Below, piece by piece: positions 31,215-32,531 of a stretch of 32,531 nt of DNA (positions are counted from its first letter, which is position 1; each line of letters starts with the position of its first letter). Under the pieces are notes generated by a model. It did no database searches. It worked only from the letters and a program-made list of their open reading frames with translations, and was not told where the DNA came from. The translations under genes and the position numbers were made by a program. Origin of the DNA: Planctomycetota bacterium (GTDB lineage Bacteria > Planctomycetota > MHYJ01 > JACQXL01); the NCBI GenBank assembly GCA_016208805.1, contig JACQXL010000073.1:1-32531 (forward strand), read 5' to 3'.

Positions 31215-31663
31215 CGATGGCAATGCTCAGACCCCATTCCAACTGGAAGGTCAGGATTTCGGATATCAGATATCCGTATCCGGCGGTATATGATGATTCT
31301 AATAACGGCTTCAAACTCCGGGGTGATTTCGCCTGGCTCAATCCAGTCGGTAACGAAATATGGGCTGTCGGCGACCCCAGAACCATCTCCTGGACCACCA
31401 CCGGTCCAATCAATAACGTCAAGCTCCAATATACCAGAGACAACTGGGGTAGCGTTCGTAACATCCTGACCAATGCAGATACCAATGATACGATGGCAAA
31501 TGACGGATATTATAACTGGTCTGTGCCTGACTTCATCACCACGGATATCAGGGTAACGTTAAAGATTACCGATGCCAATGACCCGACGGTCTATAAACTT
31601 ACTCCGATAATCTCACCAAACACCGGGACACTCAAGATTCGCGGTACACGGATATCAGGGTAA
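31181..31663 (+). CDS. Continuation of the giant protein (frame 2 segment between the two duplications)
   Basis: PAGVYEYDWTIPMAMLRPHSNWKVRISD...DFAWLNPVGNEIWAVGDPRTISWTTTGPINNVKLQY... keeps the same Ig-like grammar. It ends at a TAA created by the 107-nt duplication. Confidence 0.8.
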   Translation, partial: PAGVYEYDWTIPMAMLRPHSNWKVRISDIRYPYPAVYDDSNNGFKLRGDFAWLNPVGNEIWAVGDPRTISWTTTGPINNVKLQYTRDNWGSVRNILTNADTNDTMANDGYYNWSVPDFITTDIRVTLKITDANDPTVYKLTPIISPNTGTLKIRGTRISG

Positions 31664-31754
31664 CGTTAAAGATTACCGATGCCAATGACCCGACGGTCTA
31701 TAAACTTACTCCGATAATCTCACCAAACACCGGGACACTCAAGATTCGCGGTAC
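31541..31754 (+). repeat. Exact 107-nt tandem duplication causing a second frame break (+2 shift)
   Basis: 31541-31647 is identical to 31648-31754 (ACGGATATCAGGGTAACG...AAGATTCGCGGTAC). Together with the 34-nt duplication it returns translation to the original frame. Confidence 0.95.
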
Positions 31755-32531
31755 GCTCTCAGTTAGTGAGCCGGCGGCCGGACGCATCTGGCTGTATAAC
31801 ACCAGCCAGAATATCCTCTGGAATTCATTAGGTTCTATCAGTGCTGTCAAGCTGGACTATTCTAAAGATAATGGAACAACCTGGGTTACCCCGCCTATTG
31901 AAGCAGCCCGGGCAAATAATAATGGTCCTAATTCCTATTCCTGGCTTGTGCCTGATACGATTGTGCCTGATTTCAGATGTCTGATTCGTCTTACCGATGT
32001 GAGTGATTCTACTATATCCGCCACCTCTGGTGCATTCAAGATTCGTGGAGATATCTCCGCGGTCTTCCCAACTACCCCTGACCTTACTCTCTATGTGGGT
32101 GAATCCAGGACCATTACCTGGACAACATCAGGCACGATTCCTTTCGTTAAGATAGAGTATTCTATGAATGACGGGTCAAGCTGGGTTACGCCTCCTATCG
32201 CCGAGTCAACCAGTAATACTAATTCCTATCCCTGGACCGTGCCGGATGCGATTACTAATACGGTCAAGATTCGTGTGGCTGATGCAGCCGACCTTTCGGT
32301 CAATGGTGTCTCTATGAGTTTTAAGATTATGGGCAGGGTGCTGGTCAACCAGCCGTCGGATATCGGTCTTGCCTGGGTTGTCGGCACGACCCAGAAGATT
32401 CGCTGGACCACCACCGCAACTATACCACGGGTTAAAATAGAATGGTCTGAAACCGACTTCTCCACGGTTTATTCCAGCACAGAGGTAGATTGTGGTCCGG
32501 CCGGCGTCTATGAGTATGACTGGACCATCCC
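31648..32531 (+). CDS. Continuation of the giant protein (frame 1), open at the window end
   Basis: Hand translation gives TDIRVTLKITDANDPTVYKL...KIRGTLSVSEPAAGRIWLYNTSQNILW...KIRGDISAVFPTTPDLTLYVGESRTITW...KIMGRVLVNQPSDIGLAWVVGTTQKIRWTTTATIPRVKIEWSETDF...YEYDWTIP with no stop. Confidence 0.8.
32391..32531 (+). repeat. 141-nt exact copy of 31041-31181, terminating the window
   Basis: Base-for-base identity at an offset of 1350 nt. The identity starts after a single G/C mismatch at 31040/32390 and runs to the last base of the window. Confidence 0.95.

Larger units (their letters stand above)
14821..32531 (+). repeat. Array of ~59 tandem Ig-like beta-sandwich domains (~87-110 aa each; Kre9/KNH PF10342-like pattern)
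   Basis: Recurring grammar: [IV]TV..P.GGE.W.VG....I.W...G.I..V.[IL]EYS.D.G..W..I.......G.Y.W.VPD.IS....[IV]R[IV].D..D.....SD..F.I.G. I counted it by hand from QSVTVTYPNGGEQWALGE (14821) to the window end. Confidence 0.8.

Noticed and set aside
10739-31485. Numerous 60-190-aa ORFs in other frames or on the other strand inside the giant gene (for example 17959-18537 minus, 20245-20622 minus)
   Set aside because: All are nested within a 21-kb stop-free frame with coherent domain structure. Several recur only because the underlying DNA is repeated.
31147-31754. Programmed ribosomal frameshifting, or a genuine pseudogene, at the two frame breaks
   Set aside because: Both breaks are exact head-to-tail duplications whose removal restores intact domains. 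The contig end coincides with one junction. No slippery heptamer or pseudoknot logic is needed, so an assembly overlap is the simpler explanation, though it remains unproven without reads.
10165-32531. Classification as an RTX/T1SS-type adhesin
   Set aside because: No GGxGxD nonapeptide repeats or T1SS retention-module-like N-terminus were seen. The C-terminus is outside the window, so the secretion signal cannot be assessed either way.
1-32531. tRNA, rRNA, transposase, integrase or toxin-antitoxin genes
   Set aside because: No cloverleaf-like or rRNA-like sequence was recognised. No ORF carried DDE, tyrosine-recombinase or serine-recombinase motifs.

Overview
Bacterial window that looks like a metagenome-assembled contig; the lineage cannot be assigned from sequence alone. 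One regulator gene is on the minus strand and is followed by a co-directional plus-strand block. (1) XRE-HTH/S24-like regulator (176-907, minus). (2) An orphan secretin module: an ExeA/GspA-family AAA+ ATPase (1329-2261), a bitopic ExeB/GspB- or GspC-HR/PilP-like protein (2417-3208) and a secretin (3202-4923). No pilin, GspE/PilB ATPase or platform gene is in the window. (3) A visibly AT-rich GxxExxY gene (5046-5414) sits between inverted CACAGAT-type repeat arms. (4) A membrane-anchored coiled-coil protein of about 1,400 aa ends in TPR repeats (5479-9678). (5) A giant ORF starts at 10165, directly behind a consensus sigma-54 -24/-12 element, and stays open to the window end. It exceeds 7,400 codons once two exact frame-breaking tandem duplications of 34 and 107 nt are collapsed; these are most likely assembly joins. 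The giant protein has an N-terminal TM anchor and three LamG/ConA-like jelly rolls, the second split by a beta-propeller-like insert. About 59 tandem Ig-like domains of roughly 95 aa (Kre9/KNH, PF10342-like) follow, arranged in 7-domain (about 2.1 kb) and 4-domain (about 1.2 kb) super-repeats. Intergenic DNA is crowded with short heptamer-type repeat families (CACAGAT/ATCCGTG, GCGGATT, AATGACG) and one 21-bp tandem array. A 30-nt hairpin-containing segment is embedded in frame in two unrelated genes. No rRNA, tRNA, CRISPR array, transposase or integrase was recognised.
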